A DNA stretch of 64,000 bases from the human T2T-CHM13v2.0 reference genome, Homo sapiens. Both the position numbers and the translations under genes were made by a program. The notes beneath the pieces are model-generated. The model saw only the letters and a list, made by a program, of their open reading frames with translations. It was not told the DNA's origin and did not search any database. Numbering within the stretch: the first letter of the stretch is position 1; every line of letters begins with the position of its first letter. Positions 1-12,689 of this stretch are shown one piece after another. The stretch lies in assembly GCF_009914755.1 (NCBI RefSeq), contig NC_060935.1; one strand, written 5' to 3'.

Positions 1-276
1 GACGATTGCATTCGACTCACAGAGTTGAACATTCCTATAGATAGAGCAGGTTGTAAACAATCTTTTTGTAGAATCTGCGATTGGAGATTTGGACTGCTTT
101 GAGGCCTACTGTAGTAAAGGAAATAACTTCATCTAAAAACCAAACGGAAGCATTCAAAGACAATTCTTAGTGATCATTGGATTGAAGTAACAGAGCTGAA
201 CATTCCTTTAGATGGCGCAGTTTCCAAACACACTTTCTGTAGAATCTGCAAGTGGATATTTGGACCTCTCTGAGGA

Positions 277-293
277 TTTCGTTGGAAACGGGA
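277..293 (+). promoter_or_regulatory. CENP-B box 1 (canonical); recurs once per HOR
   Basis: TTTCGTTGGAAACGGGA matches YTTCGTTGGAARCGGGA; next copy at 1126. Confidence 0.97.
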
Positions 294-443
294 TAAACTT
301 CCCAGAACTACACGGAAGCATTCTGAGAAACTTCTTTGTGATGTTTGCATTCAACTCACAGAGTTGAACCTTGCTTTCATAGTTCAGCTTTCAAACACTC
401 TTTTTGTAGAATCTGCAAGTGGATATTTGGACCACTTTGTGGC

Positions 444-460
444 CTTCCTTCGAAACGGGT
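444..460 (+). promoter_or_regulatory. Degenerate (predicted non-binding) CENP-B box in the middle B-type monomer; fixed in all HORs
   Basis: CTTCCTTCGAAACGGGT has TTCC in place of the essential TTCG of the core NTTCGNNNNANNCGGGN. Confidence 0.85.
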
Positions 461-604
461 ATATCTTCAAATCAAACCTAGACAGAAGCATTCTCAGAAT
501 GTTTCCTGTGATGACTGCATTCAACTCACAGAGGTGAACAATCCTGTTGATGGAGCAGTTTTGAAACTCTCTTTCTTTGGATTCTGCAAGTGGATATGTG
601 GACC

Positions 605-644
605 TCTGTGAAGATTTCGTTGGAAACGGGTTCATCTTCACAGA
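605..644. repeat. 11-bp perfect inverted repeat flanking CENP-B box 2; recurs in most HORs
   Basis: TCTGTGAAGAT (605-615) and ATCTTCACAGA (634-644) are exact reverse complements with an 18-nt spacer. Confidence 0.9.
615..631 (+). promoter_or_regulatory. CENP-B box 2; recurs once per HOR
   Basis: TTTCGTTGGAAACGGGT retains all 9 core positions. Confidence 0.95.
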
Positions 645-784
645 AAAACTAAACAGAAGCATTCTCAGAAACTGCTTTGTGATGTTTGTGTTCACTTCAA
701 GAATTGAACTTTCCTCTTGACGGAGCAGCTCTGAAACCCTCTTTTTCTAGAATCTGCAAGTGGACATTTGGAGGGCTTTGAGGC

Positions 785-801
785 CTGTGGTGGAAAAGGA
801 A
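785..801 (-). promoter_or_regulatory. A-box / pJalpha-like motif of an A-type monomer; recurs once per HOR (a second, more diverged A-box is at 955-971)
   Basis: Reverse complement TTCCTTTTCCACCACAG versus the pJalpha motif TTCCTTTTYCACCRTAG (1 mismatch), at the position homologous to the CENP-B box. Confidence 0.75.
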
Positions 802-1227
802 AATCTTCACATAAAAACTAGATGGAAGCATTCTCAGAAACTACTTTGTGATGATTGCATTCGACTCACAGAGTTGAACATTCCTATAGATAGAGCAGGT
901 TGTAAACAATCTTTTTGTAGAATCTGCGATTGGAGATTTGGACTGCTTTGAGGCCTACTGTAGTAAAGGAAATAACTTCATCTAAAAACCAAACGGAAGC
1001 ATTCACAGACAATGCTTAGTGATCATTGGATTGAACTAACAGAGCTGAACATTCCTTTAGATGGAGCAGTTTCCAAACACACTTTCTGTAGAATCTGCAA
1101 GTGGATATTTGGACCTCTCTGAGGATTTCGTTGGAAACGGGATAAACTTCCCAGAACTACACGGAAGCATTCTGAGAAACTTCTTTGTGATGTTTGCATT
1201 CAACTCACAGAGTTGAACCTTGCTTTC

Positions 1228-4200
1228 ATAGTTCAGCTTTCAAACACTCTTTTTGTAGAATCTGCAAGTGGATATTTGGACCACTTTGTGGCCTTCCTTC
1301 GAAACGGGTATATCTTCACATCAAACCTAGACAGAAGCATTCTCAGAATGTTTCCTGTGATGACTGCATTCAACTCACAGAGGTGAACAATCCTGCTGAT
1401 GGAGCAGTTTTGAAACTCTCTTTCTTTGGATTCTGCAAGTGGATATGTGGACCTCTGTGAAGATTTCGTTGGAAACGGGTTCATCTTCACAGAAAAACTA
1501 AACAGGAGCATTCTCAGAAACTGCTTTGTGATGTTTGTGTTCCACTTCAGGAATTGAACTTTCCTCTTGACAGAGCAGCTCTGAAACCCTCTTTTTCCAG
1601 AATCTGCAAGTGGACATTTGGAGGGCTTTGAGGCCTGTGGTGGAAAAGGAAAATCTTCACATAAAAACTAGATGGAAGCATTCTCAGAAACTACTTTGTG
1701 ACGATTGCATTCGACTCACAGAGTTGAACATTCCTATAGATAGAGCAGGTTGTAAACAATCTTTTTGTAGAATCTGCGATTGGAGATTTGGACTGCTTTG
1801 AGGCCTACTGTAGTAAAGGAAATAACTTCATCTAAAAACCAAACGGAAGCATTCAAAGACAATTCTTAGTGATCATTGGATTGAAGTAACAGAGCTGAAC
1901 ATTCCTTTAGATGGAGCAGTTTCCAAACACACTTTCTGTAGAATCTGCAAGTGGATATTTGGACCTCTCTGAGGATTTCGTTGGAAACGGGATAAACTTC
2001 CCAGAACTACACGGAAGTATTCTGAGAAACTTCTTTGTGATGTTTGCATTCAACTCACAGAGTTGAACCTTGCTTTCATAGTTCAGCTTTCAAACACTCT
2101 TTTTGTAGAATCTGCAAGTGGATATTTGGACCACTTTGTGGCCTTCCTTCGAAACGGGTATATCTTCACATCAAACCTAGACAGAAGCATTCTCAGAATG
2201 TTTCCTGTGATGACTGCATTCAACTCACAGAGGTGAACAATCCTGTTGATGGAGCAGTTTTGAAACTCTCTTTCTTTGGATTCTGCAAGTGGATATGTGG
2301 ACCTCTGTGAAGATTTTGTTGGAACCGGGTTCATCTTCACAGAAAAACTAAACAGAAGCATTCTCAGAAACTGCTTTGTGATGTTTGTGTTCCACTTCAA
2401 GAATTGAACTTTCCTCTTGACAGAGCAGCTCTGAAACCCTCTTTTTCTAGAATCAGCAAGTGGACATTTGGAGGGCTTTGAGGCCTGTGGTGGAAAAGGA
2501 AAATCTTCACATAAAAACTAGATGGAAGCATTCTCAGAAACTACTTTGTGATGATTGCATTCGACTCACAGAGTTGAACATTCCTATAGATAGAGCAGGT
2601 TGTAAACAATCTTTTTGTAGAATCTGCGATTGGAGATTTGGACTGCTTTGAGGCCTACTGTAGTAAAGGAAATAACTTCATCTAAAAACCAAACGGAAGC
2701 ATTCAAAGACAATTCTTAGTGATCATTGCATTGAACTAACAGAGCTGAACATTCCTTTAGATGGCGCAGTTTCCAAACACACTTTCTGTAGAATCTGCAA
2801 GTGGATATTTGGACCTCTCTGAGGATTTCGTTGGAAACGGGATAAACTTCCCAGAACTACACGGAAGCATTCTGAGAAACTTCTTTGTGATGTTTGCATT
2901 CAACTCACAGAGTTGAACCTTGCTTTGATAGTTCAGCTTTCAAACACTCTTTTTGTAGAATCTGCAAGTGGATATTTGGACCACTTTGTGGCCTTCCTTC
3001 GAAACGGGTATATCTTCACATCAAACCTAGACAGAAGCATTCTCAGAATGTTTCCTGTGATGACTGCATTCAACTCACAGAGGTGAACAATCCTGCTGAT
3101 GGAGCAGTTTTGAAACTCTCTTTCTTTGGATTCTGCAAGTGGATATGTGGACCTCTGTGAAGATTTCGTTGGAAACGGGTTCATCTTCACAGAAAAACTA
3201 AACAGGAGCATTCTCAGAAACTGCTTTGTGATGTTTGTGTTCCACTTCAGGAATTGAACTTTCCTCTTGACAGAGCAGCTCTGAAACCCTCTTTTTCCAG
3301 AATCTGCAAGTGGACATTTGGAGGGCTTTGAGGCCTGTGGTGGAAAAGGAAAATCTTCACATAAAAACTAGATGGAAGCATTCTCAGAAACTACTTTGTG
3401 ATGATTGCATTCGACTCACAGAGTTGAACATTCCTATAGATAGAGCAGGTTGTAAACAATCTTTTTGTAGAATCTGCGATTGGAGATTTGGACTGCTTTG
3501 AGGCCTACTGTAGTAAAGGAAATAACTTCATCTAAAAACCAAACGGAAGCATTCAAAGACAATTCTTAGTGATCATTGGATTGAAGTAACAGAGCTGAAC
3601 ATTCCTTTAGATGGAGCAGTTTCCAAACACACTTTCTGTAGAATCTGCAAGTGGATATTTGGACCTCTCTGAGGATTTCGTTGGAAACGGGATAAACTTC
3701 CCAGAACTACACGGAAGTATTCTGAGAAACTTCTTTGTGATGTTTGCATTCAACTCACAGAGTTGAACCTTGCTTTCATAGTTCAGCTTTCAAACACTCT
3801 TTTTGTAGAATCTGCAAGTGGATATTTGGACCACTTTGTGGCCTTCCTTCGAAACGGGTATATCTTCACATCAAACCTAGACAGAAGCATTCTCAGAATG
3901 TTTCCTGTGATGACTGCATTCAACTCACAGAGGTGAACAATCCTGTTGATGGAGCAGTTTTGAAACTCTCTTTCTTTGGATTCTGCAAGTGGATATGTGG
4001 ACCTCTGTGAAGATTTTGTTGGAACCGGGTTCATCTTCACAGAAAAACTAAACAGAAGCATTCTCAGAAACTGCTTTGTGATGTTTGTGTTCCACTTCAA
4101 GAATTGAACTTTCCTCTTGACAGAGCAGCTCTGAAACCCTCTTTTTCTAGAATCAGCAAGTGGACATTTGGAGGGCTTTGAGGCCTGTGGTGGAAAAGGA

Positions 4201-4795
4201 AAATCTTCACATAAAAACTAGATGGAAGCATTCTCAGAAACTACTTTGTGATGATTGCATTCGACTCACAGAGTTGAACATTCCTATAGATAGAGCAGGT
4301 TGTAAACAATCTTTTTGTAGAATCTGCGATTGGAGATTTGGACTGCTTTGAGGCCTACTGTAGTAAAGGAAATAACTTCATCTAAAAACCAAACGGAAGC
4401 ATTCACAGACAATTCTTAGTGATCATTGCATTGAACTAACAGAGCTGAACATTCCTTTAGATGGCGCAGTTTCCAAACACACTTTCTGTAGAATCTGCAA
4501 GTGGATATTTGGACCTCTCTGAGGATTTCGTTGGAAACGGGATAAACTTCCCAGAACTACACGGAAGCATTCTGAGAAACTTCTTTGTGATGTTTGCATT
4601 CAACTCACAGAGTTGAACCTTGCTTTGATAGTTCAGCTTTCAAACACTCTTTTTGTAGAATCTGCAAGTGGATATTTGGACCACTTTGTGGCCTTCCTTC
4701 GAAACGGGTATATCTTCACATCAAACCTAGACAGAAGCATTCTCAGAATGTTTCCTGTGATGACTGCATTCAACTCACAGAGGTGAACAATCCTG
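1228..4795 (+). repeat. Tandem duplication of a 2-HOR block (period 1700)
   Basis: Shared rare variants at +1700: TTTTGTTGGAACC (2314/4014), AATCAGCAAG, GGAAGTAT, TGCTTTGATA (2927/4627). Confidence 0.85.
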
Positions 4796-4995
4796 TTGAT
4801 GGAGCAGTTTTGAAACTCTCTTTCTTTGGATTCTGCAAGTGGATATGTGGACCTCTGTGAAGATTTCGTTGGAAACGGGTTCATCTTCACAGAAAAACTA
4901 AACAGAAGCATTCTCAGAAACTGCTTTGTGATGTTTGTGTTCCACTTCAAGAATTGAACTTTCCTCTTGACAGAGCAGCTCTGAAACCCTCTTTT
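4146..4995 (+). repeat. Representative single HOR unit (XbaI to XbaI, 850 bp, 5 monomers)
   Basis: TCTAGA at 4146 and 4996. In HOR 2 the AGCATTC anchors at 998, 1166, 1336, 1507, 1677 and 1848 give spacings 168+170+171+170+171 = 850. Confidence 0.95.
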
Positions 4996-7900
4996 TCTAG
5001 AATCTGCAAGTGGACATTTGGAGGGCTTTGAGGCCTGTGGTGGAAAAGGAAAATCTTCACATAAAAACTAGATGGAAGCATTCTCAGAAACTACTTTGTG
5101 ATGATTGCATTCGACTCACAGAGTTGAACATTCCTATAGATAGAGCAGGTTGTAAACAATCTTTTTGTAGAATCTGCGATTGGAGATTTGGACTGCTTTG
5201 AGGCCTACTGTAGTAAAGGAAATAACTTCATCTAAAAACCAAACGGAAGCATTCACAGACAATGCTTAGTGATCATTGGATTGAACTAACAGAGCTGAAC
5301 ATTCCTTTAGATGGAACAGTTTCCAAACACACTTTCTGTAGAATCTGCAAGTGGATATTTGGACCTCTCTGAGGATTTCGTTGGAAACGGGATAAACTTC
5401 CCAGAACTACACGGAAGCATTCTGAGAAACTTCTTTGTGATGTTTGCATTCAACTCACAGAGTTGAACCTTGCTTTCATAGTTCAGCTTTCAAACACTCT
5501 TTTTGTAGAATCTGCAAGTGGATATTTGGACCACTTTGTGGCCTTCCTTCGAAACGGGTATATCTTCACATCAAACCTAGACAGAAGCATTCTCAGAATG
5601 TTTCCTGTGATGACTGCATTCAACTCACAGAGGTGAACAATCCTGCTGATGGACCAGTTTTGAAACTCTCTTTCTTTGGATTCTGCAAGTGGATATGTGG
5701 ACCTCTGTGAAGATTTCGTTGGAAACGGGTTCATCTTCACAGAAAAACTAAACAGGAGCATTCTCAGAAACTGCTTTGTGATGTTTGTGTTCCACTTCAG
5801 GAATTGAACTTTCCTCTTGACAGAGCAGCTCTGAAACCCTCTTTTTCCAGAATCTGCAAGTGGACATTTGGAGGGCTTTGAGGTCTGTGGTGGAAAAGGA
5901 AAATCTTCACATAAAAACTAGATGGAAGCATTCTCAGAAACTACTTTGTGATGATTGCATTCGACTCACAGAGTTGAACATTCCTATAGATAGAGCAGGT
6001 TGTAAACAATCTTTTTGTAGAATCTGCGATTGGAGATTTGGACTGCTTTGAGGCCTACTGTAGTAAAGGAAATAACTTCATCTAAAAACCAAACGGAAGC
6101 ATTCAAAGACAATTCTTAGTGATCATTGGATTGAAGTAACAGAGCTGAACATTCCTTTAGATGGCGCAGTTTCCAAACACACTTTCTGTAGAATCTGCAA
6201 GTGGATATTTGGACCTCTCTGAGGATTTCGTTGGAAACGGGATAAACTTCCCAGAACTACACGGAAGCATTCTGAGAAACTTCTTTGTGATGTTTGCATT
6301 CAACTCACAGAGTTGAACCTTGCTTTCATAGTTCAGCTTTCAAACACTCTTTTTGTAGAATCTGCAAGTGGATATTTGGACCACTTTGTGGCCTTCCTTC
6401 GAAACGGGTATATCTTCACATCAAACCTAGACAGAAGCATTCTCAGAATGTTTCCTGTGATGACTGCATTCAACTCACAGAGGTGAACAATCCTCCTGAT
6501 GGACCAGTTTTGAAACTCTCTTTCTTTGGATTCTGCAAGTGGATATGTGGACCTCTGTGAAGATTTCGTTGGAAACGGGTTCATCTTCACAGAAAAACTA
6601 AACAGGAGCATTCTCAGAAACTGCTTTGTGATGTTTGTGTTCCACTTCAGGAATTGAACTTTCCTCTTGACAGAGCAGCTCTGAAACCCTCTTTTTCCAG
6701 AATCTGCAAGTGGACATTTGAAGGGCTTTGAGGCCTGTGGTGGAAAAGGAAAATCTTCACATAAAAACTAGATGGAAGCATTCTCAGAAACTACTTTGTG
6801 ATGATTGCATTCGACTCACAGAGTTGAACATTCCTATAGATAGAGCAGGTTGTAAACAATCTTTTTGTAGAATCTGCGATTGGAGATTTGGACTGCTTTG
6901 AGGCCTACTGTAGTAAAGGAAATAACTTCATCTAAAAACCAAACGGAAGGATTCACAGACAATTCTTAGTGATCATTGGATTGAACTAACAGAGCTGAAC
7001 ATTCCTTTAGATGGCGCAGTTTCCAAACACACTTTCTGTAGAATCTGCAAGTGGATATTTGGACCTCTCTGAGGATTTCTTTGGAAACGGGATAAACTTC
7101 CCAGAACTACACGGAAGCATTCTGAGAAACTTCTTTGTGATGTTTGCATTCAACTCACAGAGTTGAACCTGGCTTTCATAGTTCAGCTTTCAAACACTCT
7201 TTTTGTAGAATGTGCAAGTGGATATTTGGACCACTTTGTGGTCTTCCTTCGAAACGGGTATATCTTCACATCAAACCTAGACAGAAGCATTCTCAGAATG
7301 TTTCCTGTGATGACTGCATTCAACTCACAGAGGTGAACAATCCTGCTGATGGAGCAGTGTTGAAACTCTCTTTCTTTGGATTCTGCAAGTGGATATGTGG
7401 ACCTCTGTGAAGATTTCATTGGAAACGGGTTCATCTTCACAGAAAAACTAAACAGGAGCATTCTCAGAAACTGCTTTGTGATGTTTGTTTTCCACTTCAG
7501 GAATTGAACTTTCCTCTTGATAGAGCAGCTCTGAAACCCTCTTTTTCTAGGATCTGCAAGTGGACATTTGGAGGGCTTTGAGGCCTGTGGTGGAAAAGGA
7601 AAATCTTCACATAAAAACTAGATGGAAGCATTCTCAGAAACTACTTTGTGATGATTGCATTCGACTCACAGAGTTGAACATTCCTATAGATAGAGCAGGT
7701 TGTAAACAATCTTTTTGTAGAATCTGCGATTGGAGATTTGGACTGCTTTGAGGCCTACTGTAGTAAAGGAAATAACTTCATCTAAAAACCAAACGGAAGC
7801 ATTCAAAGACAATTCTTAGTGATCATTGGATTGAACTAACAGAGCTGAACATTCCTTTAGATGGCGCAGTTTCCAAACACACTTTCTGTAGAATCTGCAA

Positions 7901-10751
7901 GTGGATATTTGGACCTCTCTGAGGATTTCTTTGGAAACGGGATAAACTTCCCAGAACTACACGGAAGCATTCTGAGAAACTTCTTTGTGATGTTTGCATT
8001 CAACTCACAGAGTTGAACCTTGCTTTCATAGTTCAGCTTTCAAACACTCTTTTTGTAGAATCTGCAAGTGGATATTTGGACCACTTTGTGGCCTTCCTTC
8101 GAAACGGGTATATCTTCACATCAAACCTAGACAGAAGCATTCTCAGAATGTTTCCTGTGATGACTGCATTCAACTCACAGAGGTGAACAATCCTGCTGAT
8201 GGAGCAGTTTTGAAACTCTCTTTCTTTGGATTCTGCAAGTGGATATGTGGACCTCTGTGAAGATTTCGTTGGAAACGGGTTCATCTTCACAGAAAAACTA
8301 AACAGGAGCATTCTCAGAAACTGCTTTGTGATGTTTGTGTTCCACTTCAGGAATTGAACTTTCCTCTTGACAGAGCAGCTCTGAAACCCTCTTTTTCTAG
8401 AATCTGCAAGTGGACATTTGGAGGGCTTTGAGGCCTGTGGTGGAAAAGGAAAATCTTCACATAAAAACTAGATGGAAGCATTCTCAGAAACTACTTTGTG
8501 ATGATTGCATTCGACTCACAGAGTTGAACATTCCTATAGATAGAGCAGGTTGTAAACAATCTTTTTGTAGAATCTGCGATTGGAGATTTTGACTGCTTTG
8601 AGGCCTACTGTAGTAAAGGAAATAACTTCATCTAAAAACCAAACGGAAGCATTCACAGACAATTCTTAGTGATCATTGGATTGAACTAACAGAGCTGAAC
8701 ATTCCTTTAGACGGAGCAGTTTCCAAACACACTTTCTGTAGAATCTGCAAGTGGATATTTGGACCTCTCTGAGGATTTCGTTGGAAACGGGATAAACTTC
8801 CCAGAACTACACGGAAGCATTCTGAGAAACTTCTTTGTGATGTTTGCATTCAACTCACAGAGTTGAACCTTGCTTTCATAGTTCAGCTTTCAAACACTCT
8901 TTTTGTAGAATCTGCAAGTGGATATTTGGACCACTTTGTGGCCTTCCTTCGAAACGGGTATATCTTCACATCAAACCTAGACAGAAGCATTCTCAGAATG
9001 TTTCCTGTGATGACTGCATTCACCTCACAGAGGTGAACAATCCTGCTGATGGAGCAGTTTTGAAACTCTCTTTCTTTGGATTCTGCAAGTGGATATGTGG
9101 ACCTCTGTGAAGATTTCGTTGGAAACGGGTTCATCTTCACAGAAAAACTAAACAGGAGCATTCTCAGAAACTGCTTTGTGATGTTTGTGTTCCACTTCAG
9201 GAATTGAACTTTCCTCTTGACAGAGCAGCTCTGAAACCCTCTTTTTCCAGAATCTGCAAGTGGACATTTGAAGGGCTTTGAGGCCTGTGGTGGAAAAGGA
9301 ATATCTTCACATAAAAACTAGATGGAAGCATTCTCAGAAACTACTTTGTGATGATTGCATTCGACTCACAGAGTTGAACATTCCTATAGATAGAGCAGGT
9401 TGTAAACAATCTTTTTGTAGAATCTGCGATTGGAGATTTGGACTGCTTTGAGGCCTACTGTAGTAAAGGAAATAACTTCATCTAAAAACGAAACGGAAGC
9501 ATTCACAGACAATTCTTAGTGATCATTGCATTGAACTAACAGAGCTGAACATTCCTTTAGATGGCGCAGTTTCCAAACACACTTTCTGTAGAATCTGCAA
9601 GTGGATATTTGAACCTCTCTGAGGATTTCGTTGGAATCGGGATAAACTTCCCAGAACTACACGGAAGCATTCTGAGAAACTTCTTTGTGATGTTTGCATT
9701 CAACTCACAGAGTTGAACCTTGCTTTCATAGTTCAGCTTTCAAACACTCTTTTTGTAGAATCTGCAAGTGGATATTTGGACCACTTTGTGGCCTTCCTTC
9801 GAAACGGGTATATCTTCACATCAAACCTAGACAGAAGCATTCTCAGAATGTTTCCTGTGATGACTGCATTCAACTCACAGTAGTGAACAATCCTGTTGAT
9901 GGAGCCGTTTTGAAACTCCCTTTCTTTTGATTCTGCAAGTGGATATGTGGAACTCTGTGAAGATTTCGTTGGAAACGGGTTCATCTTCACAGAAAAATTA
10001 ACAGGAGCATTCTCAGAAACTGCTTTGTGATGTTTGTGTTCCACTTCAAGAATTGAACTTTCCTCTTGACAGAGCAGCTCTGAAACCCTCTTTTTCTAGA
10101 ATCTGCAAGTGGACATTTGGAGGGCTTTGAGGCCTGTGGTGGAAAAGGAAAATCTTCCCATAAAAACTAGATGGAAGCATTCTCAGAAACTACTTTGTGA
10201 TGATTGCATTCGACTCACAGAGTTGAACATTCCTATAGATAGAGCAGGTTGTAAACAATCTTTTTGTAGAATCTGCGATTGGAGATTTGGACTGCTTTGA
10301 GGCCTACTGTAGTAAAGGAAATAACTTCATCTAAAAACCAAACGGAAGCATTCACAGACAATTCTTAGTGATCATTGGATTGAACAAACAGAGCTGAACA
10401 TTCCTTTAGATAGAGCAGTTTCCAAACACACTTTCTGTAGAATCTGCAAGTGGATATTTGGACTTCTCTGAGGATTTCGTTGGAAACGGGATAAACTTCC
10501 CAGAACTACACGGAAGCATTCTGAGAAACTTCTTTGTGATGTTTGCATTCAACTCACAGAGTTGAACCTTGCTTTCATAGTTCAGCTTTCAAACACTCTT
10601 TTTGTAGAATCTGCAAGTGGATATTTGGACAACTTTGTGGCCTTCCTTCGAAACGGGTATATCTTCACATCAAAGCTAGACAGAAGCAGTCTCAGAATGT
10701 TTCCTGTGATGACTGCATTCAACTCACAGAGGTGAACAATCCTGTTGATGG

Positions 10752-12689
10752 AGCAGTTTTGAAACTCTCTTTCTTTGGATTCTGCAAGTGGATATGTGGA
10801 CCTCTGTGAAGATTTCGTTGGAAACGGGTTCATCTTCACAGAAAAACTAAACAGGAGCATTCTCAGAAACTGCTTTGTGATGTTTGTGTTCCACTTCAAG
10901 AATTGAACTTTCCTCTTGACAGAGCAGCTCTGAAACCCTCTTTTTCTAGAATCTGCAAGTGGACATTTGGAGGGCTTTGAGGCCTGTGGTGGAAAAGGAA
11001 AATCTTCACATAAAAACTAGATGGAAGCATTCTCAAAAACTACTTTGTGATGATTGCATTCGACTCACAGAGTTGAACATTCCTATAGATAGAGCAGGTT
11101 GTAAACAATCTTTTTGTAGAATCTGCGATTGGAGATTTGGACTGCTTTGAGGCCTACTGTAGTAAAGGAAATAACTTCATCTAAAAACCAAACGGAAGCA
11201 TTCACAGACAATTCTTAGTGATCATTGGATTCAACTAACAGAGCTGAACATTCCTTTAGATGGCGCAGTTTCCAAACACACTTTCTGTAGAATCTGCAAG
11301 TGGATATTTGGACCTCTCTGAGGATTTCGTTGGAAACGGGATATACTTCCCAGAACTACACGGAAGTATTCTGAGAAACTTCTTTGTGATGGTTGCATTC
11401 AACTCACAGAGTTGAACCTTGCTTTCATAGTTCAGCTTTCAAACACTCTTTTTGTAGAATCTGCAAGTGGATATTTGGACCAATTTGTGGCCTTCCTTCG
11501 AAACGGGTATATCTTCACATCAAACCTTGACAGAATCATTCTCAGAATGTTTCCTGTGATGACTGCATTCAACTCACAGAGGTGAACAATCCTGCTGATG
11601 CAGCAGTTTTGAAACTCTCTTTCTTTGGATTCTGCAAGTGGATATGTGGACCTCTGTGAAGATTTCGTTGGAAACGGGTTCATCTTCACAGAAAAACTAA
11701 ACAGGAGCATTCTCAGAAACTGCTTTGTGATGTTTGTGTTCCACTTCAAGAATTGAACTTTCCTCTTGACAGAGCAGCTCTGAAACCCTCTTTTTCTAGA
11801 ATCTGCAAGTGGACATTTGGAGGGCTTTGAGGCCTGTGGTGGAAAAGGAAAATCTTCACATAAAAACTAGATGGAAGCATTCTCAAAAACTACTTTGTGA
11901 TGATTGCATTCGACTCACAGAGTTGAACATTCCTATAGATAGAGCAGGTTGTAAACAATCTTTTTGTAGAATCTGCGATTGGAGATTTGGACTGCTTTGA
12001 GGCCTACTGTAGTAAAGGAAATAACTTCATCTAAAAACCAAACGGAAGCATTCACAGACAATTCTTAGTGATCATTGGATTCAACTAACAGAGCTGAACA
12101 TTCCTTTAGATGGCGCAGTTTCCAAACACACTTTCTGTAGAATCTGCAAGTGGATATTTGGACCTCTCTGAGGATTTCGTTGGAAACGGGATATACTTCC
12201 CAGAACTACACGGAAGTATTCTGAGAAACTTCTTTGTGATGGTTGCATTCAACTCACAGAGTTGAACCTTGCTTTCATAGTTCAGCTTTCAAACACTCTT
12301 TTTGTAGAATCTGCAAGTGGATATTTGGACCAATTTGTGGCCTTCCTTCGAAACGGGTATATCTTCACATCAAACCTTGACAGAAGCATTCTCAGAATGT
12401 TTCCTGTGATGACTGCATTCAACTCACAGAGGTGAACAATCCTGCTGATGCAGCAGTTTTGAAACTCTCTTTCTTTGGATTCTGCAAGTGGATATGTGGA
12501 CCTCTGTGAAGATTTCGTTGGAAACGGGTTCATCTTCACAGAAAAACTAAACAGGAGCATTCTCAGAAACTGCTTTGTGATGTTTGTGTTCCACTTCAAG
12601 AATTGAACTTTCCTCTTGACAGAGCAGCTCTGAAACCCTCTTTTTCTAGAATCTGCAAGTGGACATTTGGAGGGCTTTGAGGCCTGTGG
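10752..12689 (+). repeat. Tandem duplication of a single HOR (period 850)
   Basis: Private variants TCTCAAAAAC (11035/11885) and GATTCAACT, plus shared CAATTT, CCTTGA and ATGCAG; one difference seen (11536). Confidence 0.85.

Noticed and set aside
484-504. Heat-shock element-like GAA/TTC/GAA array
   Set aside because: Spacing is 3 nt (GAAgcaTTCtcaGAA), not the 2 nt of nGAAnnTTCnnGAAn.
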